A DNA stretch of 64,000 bases from a bacterium (GTDB taxonomy: Bacteria > Patescibacteriota > Minisyncoccia > Phycocordibacterales > PALSA-1337). Shown one piece after another: positions 27,200 through 35,489 of this stretch (position 1 is the first letter of the stretch; every line of letters starts with the position of its first letter). The notes below the pieces were generated by a model, which was not told the DNA's origin, made no database searches, and worked only from the letters and a program-made list of their open reading frames with translations. The stretch spans positions 6,543-70,542 of the forward strand of contig JANXZK010000010.1 of NCBI GenBank assembly GCA_025355565.1, in the 5' to 3' direction. Position numbers and translations under genes: made by a program.

Positions 27200-27421
27200 A
27201 TGAAAACTACACATTGTATCACTAGTGTTCTCGTCATTATTGGAGCTTTGAATTGGTTGCTAGTTGCATTCAATTGGAATCTCGTCGATGCTATCTTTGG
27301 TGCTGGGAGTACCATGTCGATGGTCATCTATATTCTCGTCGGTATATCTGGTATCTTCCTCATCATCACTCACAAGAAGAATTGCAAAGCTTGCGATAAA
27401 TCAGTCGGTCAAGCGATGTAA
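27200..27421 (+). CDS. Small membrane protein with a C-terminal CxxC (73 aa)
   Basis: Two TM helices and KKNCKACDK. Terminator-like hairpin TCACCCgttataGGGTGAttttt at 27464-27487. Confidence 0.5.
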   Translation: MKTTHCITSVLVIIGALNWLLVAFNWNLVDAIFGAGSTMSMVIYILVGISGIFLIITHKKNCKACDKSVGQAM

Positions 27422-27463
27422 TACGAGAGTATCAGATCGATCGAAGCTATTTTAAGGCAGATC

Positions 27464-27487
27464 TCACCCGTTATAGGGTGATTTTTG
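27464..27487 (+). terminator. Rho-independent terminator
   Basis: TCACCC-gttata-GGGTGA + TTTTT. Confidence 0.45.
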
Positions 27488-27630
27488 CAAATCGAAGCGA
27501 AAGTTATCATGAGAGATCTAACAAAGTCTGATATGGTAGATTTATTGCATGTTTCTTGCTGGATCGAATTGGAGACAAAAAATTGTTGAATGTGTGAGTC
27601 TTTTAGTGTATTCTATTTGCACGGCCTAAA

Positions 27631-27703
27631 GGGCCCGTAGCTCATCAGGTAGAGCGCCGCTTTTGCAAAGCGGAGGCAAGCGGTTCGAGTCCGCTCGGGT
27701 CCA
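27631..27703 (+). tRNA. tRNA-Ala(UGC)
   Basis: GGGCCCGTAGCTCATCAGGTAGAGCGCCGCTTTTGCAAAGCGGAGGCAAGCGGTTCGAGTCCGCTCGGGTCCA. G3:U70 present; anticodon loop TTTGCAA. Confidence 0.9.
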
Positions 27704-27707
27704 CAAA

Positions 27708-28148
27708 TCAATCGATTTTTTCTTTTTGAGAATACTGAATAATAAATTCTTTAATTACAATAAGAACGAAATCTTTATCTTTTGCTTCGCTGGCGGCAAT
27801 TTTTCTCGCAAACTCGTATAGTGTAATATTGTCGACTTTCAGCTTTCGCCCATTCTGTGCCAAGAAATATATCAGGGTCACAATGGCTACACGCTTATTG
27901 CCATTCTGAAACGGATGATTCTTTATCATCAGGTAAAACAAGATCGAAGCCTTTGTCTCAAATGCTTGATAAAGACTTTTTCTATAAAAAGTCTGGAAAG
28001 GCGTGGAAAGACAACTCTCTAATTTATCTGGATAACGAGTATCGAATGGTGGTATTGGCTCACCATACTCCATCAATTCACGTGCGAGACGATGAGCCAC
28101 ATATTCAACTTCGACAACACTTATTTTCTTCAGAATTGGCCGCGCCAT
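27708..28148 (-). CDS. doc: Doc (death-on-curing) family toxin, Fic/Doc fold
   Basis: HPFQNGNKRVAIVTLIYFL matches the Doc variant of the Fic motif (HxFx[DN]GNKR). Confidence 0.8.
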   Translation of the reverse strand: MARPILKKISVVEVEYVAHRLARELMEYGEPIPPFDTRYPDKLESCLSTPFQTFYRKSLYQAFETKASILFYLMIKNHPFQNGNKRVAIVTLIYFLAQNGRKLKVDNITLYEFARKIAASEAKDKDFVLIVIKEFIIQYSQKEKID

Positions 28149-28150
28149 AA

Positions 28151-28414
28151 TTATTCATTGCCAAGTAGCTTTAAAGCTTGGCCATACTCCTTTACAGCTC
28201 TTTTTACAACTTCATCGATTTCAAATTTCTTTTCAGGTGAAATGAAAGTTCCGATTGCACTCATCACTTCTTCCATAGGAATAACATAGTTTCTTCCGAC
28301 CTTAAAAGCCTTGATCTTTCCAGATCGAATCTTCTTAAAAACTGCTATTCTGCTCACATGTAACAGTTTCGCTAATTCGGACGTAGACATGTATTTTGTT
28401 TGTTCTTTTTCCAT
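28151..28414 (-). CDS. HTH DNA-binding protein (excisionase/MerR-like HTH_17), putative antitoxin or Xis
   Basis: MSTSELAKLLHVSRIAVFKKIRSGKIKAFKVGRNYVIPMEEV. Sits 2 nt upstream of doc in the same orientation. Confidence 0.65.
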   Translation of the reverse strand: MEKEQTKYMSTSELAKLLHVSRIAVFKKIRSGKIKAFKVGRNYVIPMEEVMSAIGTFISPEKKFEIDEVVKRAVKEYGQALKLLGNE

Positions 28415-28701
28415 AATATTATTTAGTTAACATATGTTAACCTAATTTATATTGCTCTGCAAGCGGTGCAAATGCAAATATATGCGAAACTATCTGGTTC
28501 CAATTCCGCCCAACGAGGTCCACAAACTAGTTATCGGTCATTTCACTAGGATTCATTCTTACGGAATATTGTACGATAAAACTTCTTATTTTGCGGATAG
28601 TCTCACTATGGTCTATAATACGATACATGCTTTTAACATTTGAATGAAAGCACGCTATAATCTAGCATAGACATATTAATAAGAATCATAACTAATCTCA
28701 T

Positions 28702-29442
28702 ATGCAACAACAAAACAAGTCCGGTTTGATCGTCACCCTTATCATAATACTCATAGTAGCAGTGCTCGCTGTCGGCGGATATCTCGCGTTTGGTTCGAAG
28801 ATAGCGAGTCTAACAGCACTAAGTAATGCCACGACAACTTCCCCAGTAGTTTCTACCGTCGCAAACGTAGCGACAGTCAATGGTGTAGCTATCACAAAGG
28901 CAACCTATGACACAGCATTTACCAATGCTATCGCTTCATATCAAGCCCAAGGCATCCAGGCAACCAGTTCCGAAGATGTCGCCAAAGTTCGTACACAGGT
29001 TTTGAATAGCCTCATCGGCAATGAATTGCTAAGCCAGGCCATCACCGCTTCCAAAATGGTCGTTACTCCAGCAGAAGTCGAAAAAGAATATCAGGCTCTA
29101 GTCACACAGGCTGGCAGTGCTGAAGCTTTCAAAACAACTCTCACAAAGAACAACCTCACTGACGCGCAACTCAGGACCAATATCGAGAAGCAGCTATTGA
29201 CACAAAAATTCTTGCGCGCGAACATCGATGCGAAAGCAGCAACAGTTACGGATGCTGAGGTTGCGAAGTTCTATACTGACTATAGCGCATCACAGAAAGC
29301 CAGTGGTGTTAAGACTGTTCCAACACTCAAGACCTTGAGCGCTCAGATCAAACAGCAGTTAGCCGGAGACAAAGAACAGGCTCTCATAAGTAACTTCATC
29401 GAAACCCTTCGTTCCAAGGCAAACGTCGTCATCACGCCATAG
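28702..29442 (+). CDS. SurA-N-like periplasmic chaperone domain protein (N-terminal TM anchor)
   Basis: TM LIVTLIIILIVAVLAVGGYLAF, then a helical SurA_N-type region (…VNGVAITKATYDTAFTNAIASYQAQG…AEVEKEYQALV…TDAEVAKFY…). No PPIase domain. Confidence 0.6.
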   Translation: MQQQNKSGLIVTLIIILIVAVLAVGGYLAFGSKIASLTALSNATTTSPVVSTVANVATVNGVAITKATYDTAFTNAIASYQAQGIQATSSEDVAKVRTQVLNSLIGNELLSQAITASKMVVTPAEVEKEYQALVTQAGSAEAFKTTLTKNNLTDAQLRTNIEKQLLTQKFLRANIDAKAATVTDAEVAKFYTDYSASQKASGVKTVPTLKTLSAQIKQQLAGDKEQALISNFIETLRSKANVVITP

Positions 29443-29495
29443 AGATCGATAGAAAATATCGAAATATTCAAGAGACAGATAGTTATGAGATATAA

Positions 29496-30482
29496 CTATC
29501 TGTTTTTTATGGCTAGCTCGATCACGTGTCCAACAAACTCATGAGTGTCACTACCAACAGCTCTCAGGGCTTTTGGTAATAGTGATCCTTCTGTAAGTCC
29601 AGGCAAGGTATTCGTCTCCAAGACGTATATTCCGCGGCGAGCATGGATGATAAAGTCAGAACGAGAAAAATGCCTTAGCCCCAAGGCATTGTGGATCTTT
29701 TTGGATAAATCCTCGATGGCAAGCTTGCATTTGTTGGTGAAAGTCGCGGGCACTACCTCCTCAGACTTTCCCAAGTATTTCGCATCATAGTCAAAAAAGG
29801 TGTTGGCTGGCCGGATCTCTATCGGTGGCAATGCGTATAGATCCTGGCCACGGAAACCTTCTACGACGGCACATGTCGCCTCGATGCCCGGAATATATTC
29901 CTCGATCATGACCGTACTGCCATGTTTGGCAGCTTCTCGGAGTGCCACGGCCAATTCATCATAATATTTTACAAAAGATACACCGACAGATGATCCACTG
30001 GAGGCAGGTTTGACTATTGCGGGCATGAGGAATGATTGGAACATCTCCTTGACGATCGTGTCGGCATCTTTCGACACGCGATCGGATGTGAACTCATGAA
30101 AATGTGGTGTCTTTAGTCCATGGTCATTCATGATCTTTTTTGAAAGGATCTTGTTCATGCCGATCGACGATCCGAGCGATCCTGAGCCAGTAAATGGTTT
30201 ACAGTGATGTTCGAGCAATGATTGGATCTTGCCATCTTCACCGTATGCGCCATGCAATGCATTGAATACGACATCCACAGAATGAATGGCTGTTTCGGGT
30301 ACTATCGGTATGCCGCCCATATACCAATTACCGGCCCTATCAATGAAGATATCTTTTGCTTCGTATCTGTTCTCGTGATATTTCTGTAGCGCATCTAGGA
30401 CGGCCGCTCCCGATCTGAGCGAGACTTCATATTCGTTGCTTGGTCCTCCGCGGAGAACACCGACGCGAGTGCGATGTGACAT
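29496..30482 (-). CDS. ddl: D-alanine--D-alanine ligase
   Basis: RVGVLRGGPSNEYEVSLRSGAAVL N-terminal domain and an ATP-grasp region (…EEYIPGIEATCAVVEG…). Confidence 0.9.
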   Translation of the reverse strand: MSHRTRVGVLRGGPSNEYEVSLRSGAAVLDALQKYHENRYEAKDIFIDRAGNWYMGGIPIVPETAIHSVDVVFNALHGAYGEDGKIQSLLEHHCKPFTGSGSLGSSIGMNKILSKKIMNDHGLKTPHFHEFTSDRVSKDADTIVKEMFQSFLMPAIVKPASSGSSVGVSFVKYYDELAVALREAAKHGSTVMIEEYIPGIEATCAVVEGFRGQDLYALPPIEIRPANTFFDYDAKYLGKSEEVVPATFTNKCKLAIEDLSKKIHNALGLRHFSRSDFIIHARRGIYVLETNTLPGLTEGSLLPKALRAVGSDTHEFVGHVIELAIKNR

Positions 30483-30489
30483 GCAGATA

Positions 30490-31746
30490 TTATATCATCT
30501 TAGCCCTCCTCTTTCTATGAAAAGCTATGGTAAATCGATGAGCCTCGGCATTCAGCCTGATGATCGATTTCTTGTGTTTTGTGATGATCTGCGCTTCGCC
30601 AATGAGTCTGTCAGCCTTATGTTTCTCGTTCTTCGTTACGGCAATAACGGGTATTTCGAGTCTCCTTGATCTCAATACACTGAGAGCGACCTTCATCTGC
30701 GCCTCATTTCCATCTACAACGATCATGTCTGGATAATTCCATTCCGTGTGGTTCAGCCTGCGAAGCAGGATTTCTGCTAGTGCGGCCGTGTCGTTATTGG
30801 TTTGATTGGAGATCTTGAATTTGCGGTATTCTGCTCTAGCCATTTCATCATCTATCGATACAACCATAGCACCGACGACATTCGTTCCAGATAGATGCGC
30901 GACATCGTATGCTTCGATGCGAAATTCACTTTTTTCAATTTCTCCCACGCGTGAGCTGTTGCGCAACGAATTGGAATTCAGCTTGTCTTCTTTGACGAGT
31001 GCGATGTCATTTATATGATCGAGTGCGTACAGGAGGTGTTTCGATTCACCCGCTTCTTCGAACTTCATTTCTCTAGCTTGTTCAGTCATCGCTCGCTCGA
31101 TCTGTCGGCGTAGCTGCTTCTTCTCACCTTTGAAGAATAGAATGAGATGCTTGATGGTGCGAGTATATTTCTCTCTCGATTCGCTATATCCAACTTCCGG
31201 TGATCGCCCGATCGACTTGTAGAATCTATCATGCCTAGGGTCATAGGCTTTTCTGTCCTTGAATGGAAATAGCTTGCGCAGGATTCGCAGCGCTTCTTTG
31301 ATGAGCCCGCTGTACGGATATGGACCAAATAGCACCTTGGTGGAATATGGTAAAGTTCCGGCATATTGCATCTCCTCGAGATCCCGAGCACGCGCTAGGA
31401 AGACGCGCGGCCACTCCTCTTCTGTGATGACGACATATTGCGAACTCTTGTCATCTCTTTCATCTACATTGTAGTGTGGCTGGTACTTCTTTATCAGGTT
31501 GCTTTCTAGGATGATCGCTTCGAGTACGGAGTCAGTCTTTTGTACTGTTAAAGTTTTTGCGCGGGTGACCATATCGACCACGCGCCGTCCGCGAGTTTTG
31601 ATGAGGTCAGCCGAAAAATAACTCTTCACTCGATCTCGGAGAGAAGTCGCCCGACCGATGTATAAGGGTCTCTTTTTGTAATCCTTGAAGATATATATAC
31701 CTGGTTCCTCGGGCAATTTCAGGTTATGCACATATTGACGCTTCAT
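30490..31746 (-). CDS. uvrC: Excinuclease ABC subunit C, short form lacking the C-terminal (HhH)2
   Basis: GIY-YIG (PGIYIFKDYKKRPLYIGRATSLRDRVKSYF), a UvrBC-like region, and the RNase-H-like endonuclease domain (RIEAYDVAHLSGTNVVGAMVV). Only 418 aa. Confidence 0.75.
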   Translation of the reverse strand: MKRQYVHNLKLPEEPGIYIFKDYKKRPLYIGRATSLRDRVKSYFSADLIKTRGRRVVDMVTRAKTLTVQKTDSVLEAIILESNLIKKYQPHYNVDERDDKSSQYVVITEEEWPRVFLARARDLEEMQYAGTLPYSTKVLFGPYPYSGLIKEALRILRKLFPFKDRKAYDPRHDRFYKSIGRSPEVGYSESREKYTRTIKHLILFFKGEKKQLRRQIERAMTEQAREMKFEEAGESKHLLYALDHINDIALVKEDKLNSNSLRNSSRVGEIEKSEFRIEAYDVAHLSGTNVVGAMVVSIDDEMARAEYRKFKISNQTNNDTAALAEILLRRLNHTEWNYPDMIVVDGNEAQMKVALSVLRSRRLEIPVIAVTKNEKHKADRLIGEAQIITKHKKSIIRLNAEAHRFTIAFHRKRRAKMI

Positions 31747-31764
31747 GGAGTTGAGATTATCGTC

Positions 31765-34488
31765 TTATCTCGTTTTCTTTAACGTCTCTTTCAGATATCC
31801 TCCCGTATAGCTCTTGCTATTTGCCGCAATATCTTCAGGAGTTCCTTTTGCTACGATTTTTCCTCCTCTCTCGCCTCCTTCTGGACCTATATCGACGATG
31901 TAGTCAGCATTCTTGATGAGGTCAAGATTGTGCTCTATGACGACGACGGTGTTACCCTTGTCGACTAGCGCCTGTAATATGTCGATGAGTTTGGCGACGT
32001 CCTCATAATGTAGTCCGACAGTTGGCTCGTCTAGGAGATATATCGTCTTTTGCATATGCGCTCTGTAAAGTTCGGACGAGATCTTTACACGCTGAGCTTC
32101 TCCACCCGATAAAGTAGTAGCTGATTGGCCCAATTTTACATACCCTAAACCAACCTCGTTCAATGTCGCCAGTCTATCCTCAACTGCTGGGATATCTTTG
32201 AAGAATTCAAGGCCTTCTTCTATCGTCAGTTCGAGTATCTCGTATATGTTCTTGCCGCGATACTTCACGTCCAATGTTTCCTTCATAAATCTCTTGCCAT
32301 TACATATATCGCAGGTGACGTAAACAGTTGGCAGGAAGTGCATCTCAACAGCGATCTCGCCATTTCCTTCGCAATTCTCACATCTGCCGCCTGGGCGATT
32401 GAATGAAAAACGGCCAGCTCCCCACCCGCGGGCTCGCGCCTCTGGTTCGGCCGCGAATAGGTCACGGATGTGTGTCCACGCGCCTGTGTATGTGACTGGA
32501 TTGGATCTCGGTGTACGACCTATAGGCGACTGGTCGATCAGGATGACCCGACCGACATATTCTGAGCCCGCGAATGTATTGCAATTCAATGTTTCCGCGC
32601 TCCTGTGTCGCATTTCAAATCTCGCTGCCAGATTCTTGTAGAGGATCTCATACATGAGTGACGATTTCCCTGATCCGGAAACGCCTGTGATGACGTTCAA
32701 ACATCCGAGTGGTATATCTACGTTCATGTCGTGTATGTTAAATATATGACCGCCGCGGATCATGATCTTACCTTTCGGTTGGCGTCGAGTTGCCGGCATG
32801 GGGATATTCTTCTCGCCGCGCAGGTATGCCAGTGTCAACGAGTTTGATGTATTCTTCTTTGCTGTCAGCAATTCGTCCAAATATCCGGTTACGACAACTT
32901 TCCCGCCATGGATACCGGCGCCTGGACCGATGTCGATGATGTAGTCAGAGGCGTACATTGTATCCTCATCGTGTTCAACAACTATAATGGTGTTGCCGAT
33001 GTCGCGCAGGTGTAGCAGTGTTTTTATCAATTTGTCATTGTCGCGCTGATGCAAACCGATGGTCGGTTCATCGAGTACGTACAATGCGCCGACGAGCCCT
33101 GATCCTAGTTGTGAGGCCAGGCGGATGCGCTGTGCTTCGCCACCCGATAGTGTATGCGCACGACGATCGAGTGTCAGATATTCGATGCCAACGTTTACCA
33201 TGAATGATAGTCTGGCTTGGATCTCCCTGAGGACTACCCTGGCAATCTCTTTTTCTACATCCGTCAGTTTGATATCCTCAAAATATGGCACAGCTTTCTC
33301 GATCGACATATTGACGATATCGACGATGTTCTTGCCGTCGATCTTCACGTTCAATGCTTCTTCACGCAGGCGGTCGCCTTTACAGACCTGACATGGCGCA
33401 TCGCTCCAAATACTTTCTGTTCCCAGTCCATTACATGTAGCGCAGGCGCCGTACGGCGAGTTGAATGAAAAGAGTCTCGGCTCGATCTCTGGATATGAGA
33501 AGCCGTCGTATGGGCACATGAATCTGACGGACATTAGGGTTTCCTCGTCCCCGGGGTATTCGATACGAATCAGTCCTTCTGCTTCATTCACAGCGCGTTC
33601 TAGGGCTTCTGACAGGCGCTCGCGAGCATTGTCTCCGGCTTTGGTATCTGTTTCTGTGTTGCCTGCCTTTGCTTTTAAAGCTCGAAATTCACTGACGAAT
33701 ATCTCGTCGACCAGTACGTCTATGTCATGCTTTTTGGTCTTTTCTAGGACGATCTGATCACGAAGTTTGTGGATCTTGCCATCGATACGTACGCGCTCAT
33801 ATCCTTTGCTAAGCATGTCGTAGAGCATCTGGTAATATTCCCCTTTCCTGCCGACCACAACTGGCGCGTATATGCGGATCTTTGCGTCTGTGATGTTCAC
33901 CCCGAAAACTGTTTTTGCTTTCGTCGTTCTTGCCGTTATCGTTTTGATGACTGTCTCCATGATCTCTTCCTTGGAGACGCGACTGATGATGCGGCCACAG
34001 ACTAGACAGTGCGGTTTGCCTACGCGAGCGAACAGGATACGCAGGTAGTCATAGATCTCTGTAATCGTCGCAACTGTTGAACGCGGATTGTTGGAGCGCG
34101 ATTTCTGGTCAATGGAGATGGCCGGAGAAAGTCCGGTGATTTCGTCGACGTCGGGTTTCTGCATTTTGTGCAGGAACTGACGAGCGTATGCAGACAATGA
34201 TTCCACATACCTACGCTGGCCTTCTGCGAAGATGGTATCGAATGCCAATGATGATTTCCCTGAGCCAGATAGACCGGTTATGGCGATCATCGAGTTTCTC
34301 GGCATCTCCACAGTGATGTTTCGCAGGTTGTGCGTACGAGCGCCTTTTACGACGATCATTTCCTCGCCTTTAATGGTGGGTCGGAGCGAGCGTGAAGTAT
34401 TTATCGGAGTTGATGGATTCGTCGATTTCTTGTTGATTTTTGGTGACATAAGTGGGCGGAGCATATCACAAAAATCAGATATTTGCAA
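31765..34488 (-). CDS. uvrA: Excinuclease ABC subunit A
   Basis: Two ABC ATPase modules (GLSGSGKSSLAFDTI…; GVSGSGKSSLMYEIL…) and Zn-finger Cys clusters (CxxC…CxxC). Confidence 0.95.
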   Translation of the reverse strand: MQISDFCDMLRPLMSPKINKKSTNPSTPINTSRSLRPTIKGEEMIVVKGARTHNLRNITVEMPRNSMIAITGLSGSGKSSLAFDTIFAEGQRRYVESLSAYARQFLHKMQKPDVDEITGLSPAISIDQKSRSNNPRSTVATITEIYDYLRILFARVGKPHCLVCGRIISRVSKEEIMETVIKTITARTTKAKTVFGVNITDAKIRIYAPVVVGRKGEYYQMLYDMLSKGYERVRIDGKIHKLRDQIVLEKTKKHDIDVLVDEIFVSEFRALKAKAGNTETDTKAGDNARERLSEALERAVNEAEGLIRIEYPGDEETLMSVRFMCPYDGFSYPEIEPRLFSFNSPYGACATCNGLGTESIWSDAPCQVCKGDRLREEALNVKIDGKNIVDIVNMSIEKAVPYFEDIKLTDVEKEIARVVLREIQARLSFMVNVGIEYLTLDRRAHTLSGGEAQRIRLASQLGSGLVGALYVLDEPTIGLHQRDNDKLIKTLLHLRDIGNTIIVVEHDEDTMYASDYIIDIGPGAGIHGGKVVVTGYLDELLTAKKNTSNSLTLAYLRGEKNIPMPATRRQPKGKIMIRGGHIFNIHDMNVDIPLGCLNVITGVSGSGKSSLMYEILYKNLAARFEMRHRSAETLNCNTFAGSEYVGRVILIDQSPIGRTPRSNPVTYTGAWTHIRDLFAAEPEARARGWGAGRFSFNRPGGRCENCEGNGEIAVEMHFLPTVYVTCDICNGKRFMKETLDVKYRGKNIYEILELTIEEGLEFFKDIPAVEDRLATLNEVGLGYVKLGQSATTLSGGEAQRVKISSELYRAHMQKTIYLLDEPTVGLHYEDVAKLIDILQALVDKGNTVVVIEHNLDLIKNADYIVDIGPEGGERGGKIVAKGTPEDIAANSKSYTGGYLKETLKKTR

Positions 34489-34490
34489 AC

Positions 34491-35384
34491 TCAGTTACAC
34501 ATTTGCATTATCTCACTCGCGATATCATTCAATGATGTCCCTGCTTTGACTAGGAATTTCTTGGCACCGAGCATTTTTGCTTTGTTTCTGTCGCTATCTT
34601 TGTCCATGTTGGATAGAATCATCACAGGGATATTTTTATATGCCGGATTCATGTCGATCTTTTGTAATATATCCAAACCGCCCATTCCAGGAAGCAAGAT
34701 GTCAAGAATGATGGCATTCGGCGTAAACGTCTCCAGTGCTTTTAGGGCGGCATCTCCATTCGTCACATGGTGAAGATCAAAGCCCGCTGATATTAGCTTC
34801 TTACCGAGAATGTTGGTTATGAGCTTGTCATCTTCGACCCAAAGCAGTTTTTTCTTTGTGTCACCTTTGCCAGACGATTTTCTCGATTCTCTAGATGATT
34901 GGATGGTAGATGAAGTTGTCTTTGAAATAGTCGATGGTACAGTTGATCGCATTTGTGAATTTACGATGTCACCCGTTTGCGGCCCGGTCAAGTGTCTTTC
35001 CACTTTCGTGACGAGCTCATCGGCGTCTGCTTTGAATAATATGACGAATTCTGCCACACTGCCTTGTGGTATCTTACGCATGTCGATCGGCATACCCTGA
35101 GTCGATATTAGGAACACAGGGATCTTTTTTAGTAGAGGCTCGGCATTCTTCTTCTCTAGAATTTGATAACTATCTGCGTCAGGTAATACGGCGTTCAAGA
35201 TGACCAGTCGAGGCAATTTGTCATAGATCATCTTCATTGCTTCTATACCGTTCTTTACGAGGATAGCCTCGAAGCCGTCTTGGTTAAGCTTGTCAGCGAT
35301 CTGTTGACCGAAGACTACATGCCCCTCGATGATGAGGATCTTCTCTTTTTTTAAAGGCTTAGCGTCTGTTTCTACCATAGGCAA
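34491..35384 (-). CDS. Response regulator with two tandem receiver (REC) domains and no output domain
   Basis: REC1 KILIIEGHVVFGQQIADKL…LVILNAVLPDADSY. REC2 KLLWVEDDKLITNILGKKL…AIILDILLPGMGGLDILQKI…KFLVKA. A Ser/Thr-rich linker separates them. Confidence 0.75.
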   Translation of the reverse strand: MPMVETDAKPLKKEKILIIEGHVVFGQQIADKLNQDGFEAILVKNGIEAMKMIYDKLPRLVILNAVLPDADSYQILEKKNAEPLLKKIPVFLISTQGMPIDMRKIPQGSVAEFVILFKADADELVTKVERHLTGPQTGDIVNSQMRSTVPSTISKTTSSTIQSSRESRKSSGKGDTKKKLLWVEDDKLITNILGKKLISAGFDLHHVTNGDAALKALETFTPNAIILDILLPGMGGLDILQKIDMNPAYKNIPVMILSNMDKDSDRNKAKMLGAKKFLVKAGTSLNDIASEIMQMCN

Positions 35385-35489
35385 AATTATACCATTATCT
35401 CTAACGGTATAATTTAGTAGGTGTTGATAACGATCAATTGGAACTCACCTTCTGCTGCAACTATCTTGGCTCGACACCCGCGTTTCGCT

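Larger units (their letters stand above)
27704..28526. mobile_element. Remnant integrated islet at the tRNA-Ala(UGC) 3' end, carrying Doc toxin and an HTH gene, bounded by a tRNA-3'-end direct repeat
   Basis: GGTCCACAAA at 27698-27707 (tRNA 3' end) and again at 28517-28526, the latter inside a degenerate copy of the tRNA T-arm/acceptor (GGTTCcaattCCGCccaacgaGGTCCACAAA versus GGTTCgagtCCGCtcggGTCCACAAA). No integrase present. Confidence 0.4.

Noticed and set aside
26870-27214. 114-aa minus-strand ORF with an internally repeated peptide (IVASPSQSYSDILQKYII, three copies)
   Set aside because: It is merely the translation of the 54-bp tandem DNA repeat and overlaps a tRNA gene. No start or RBS context.
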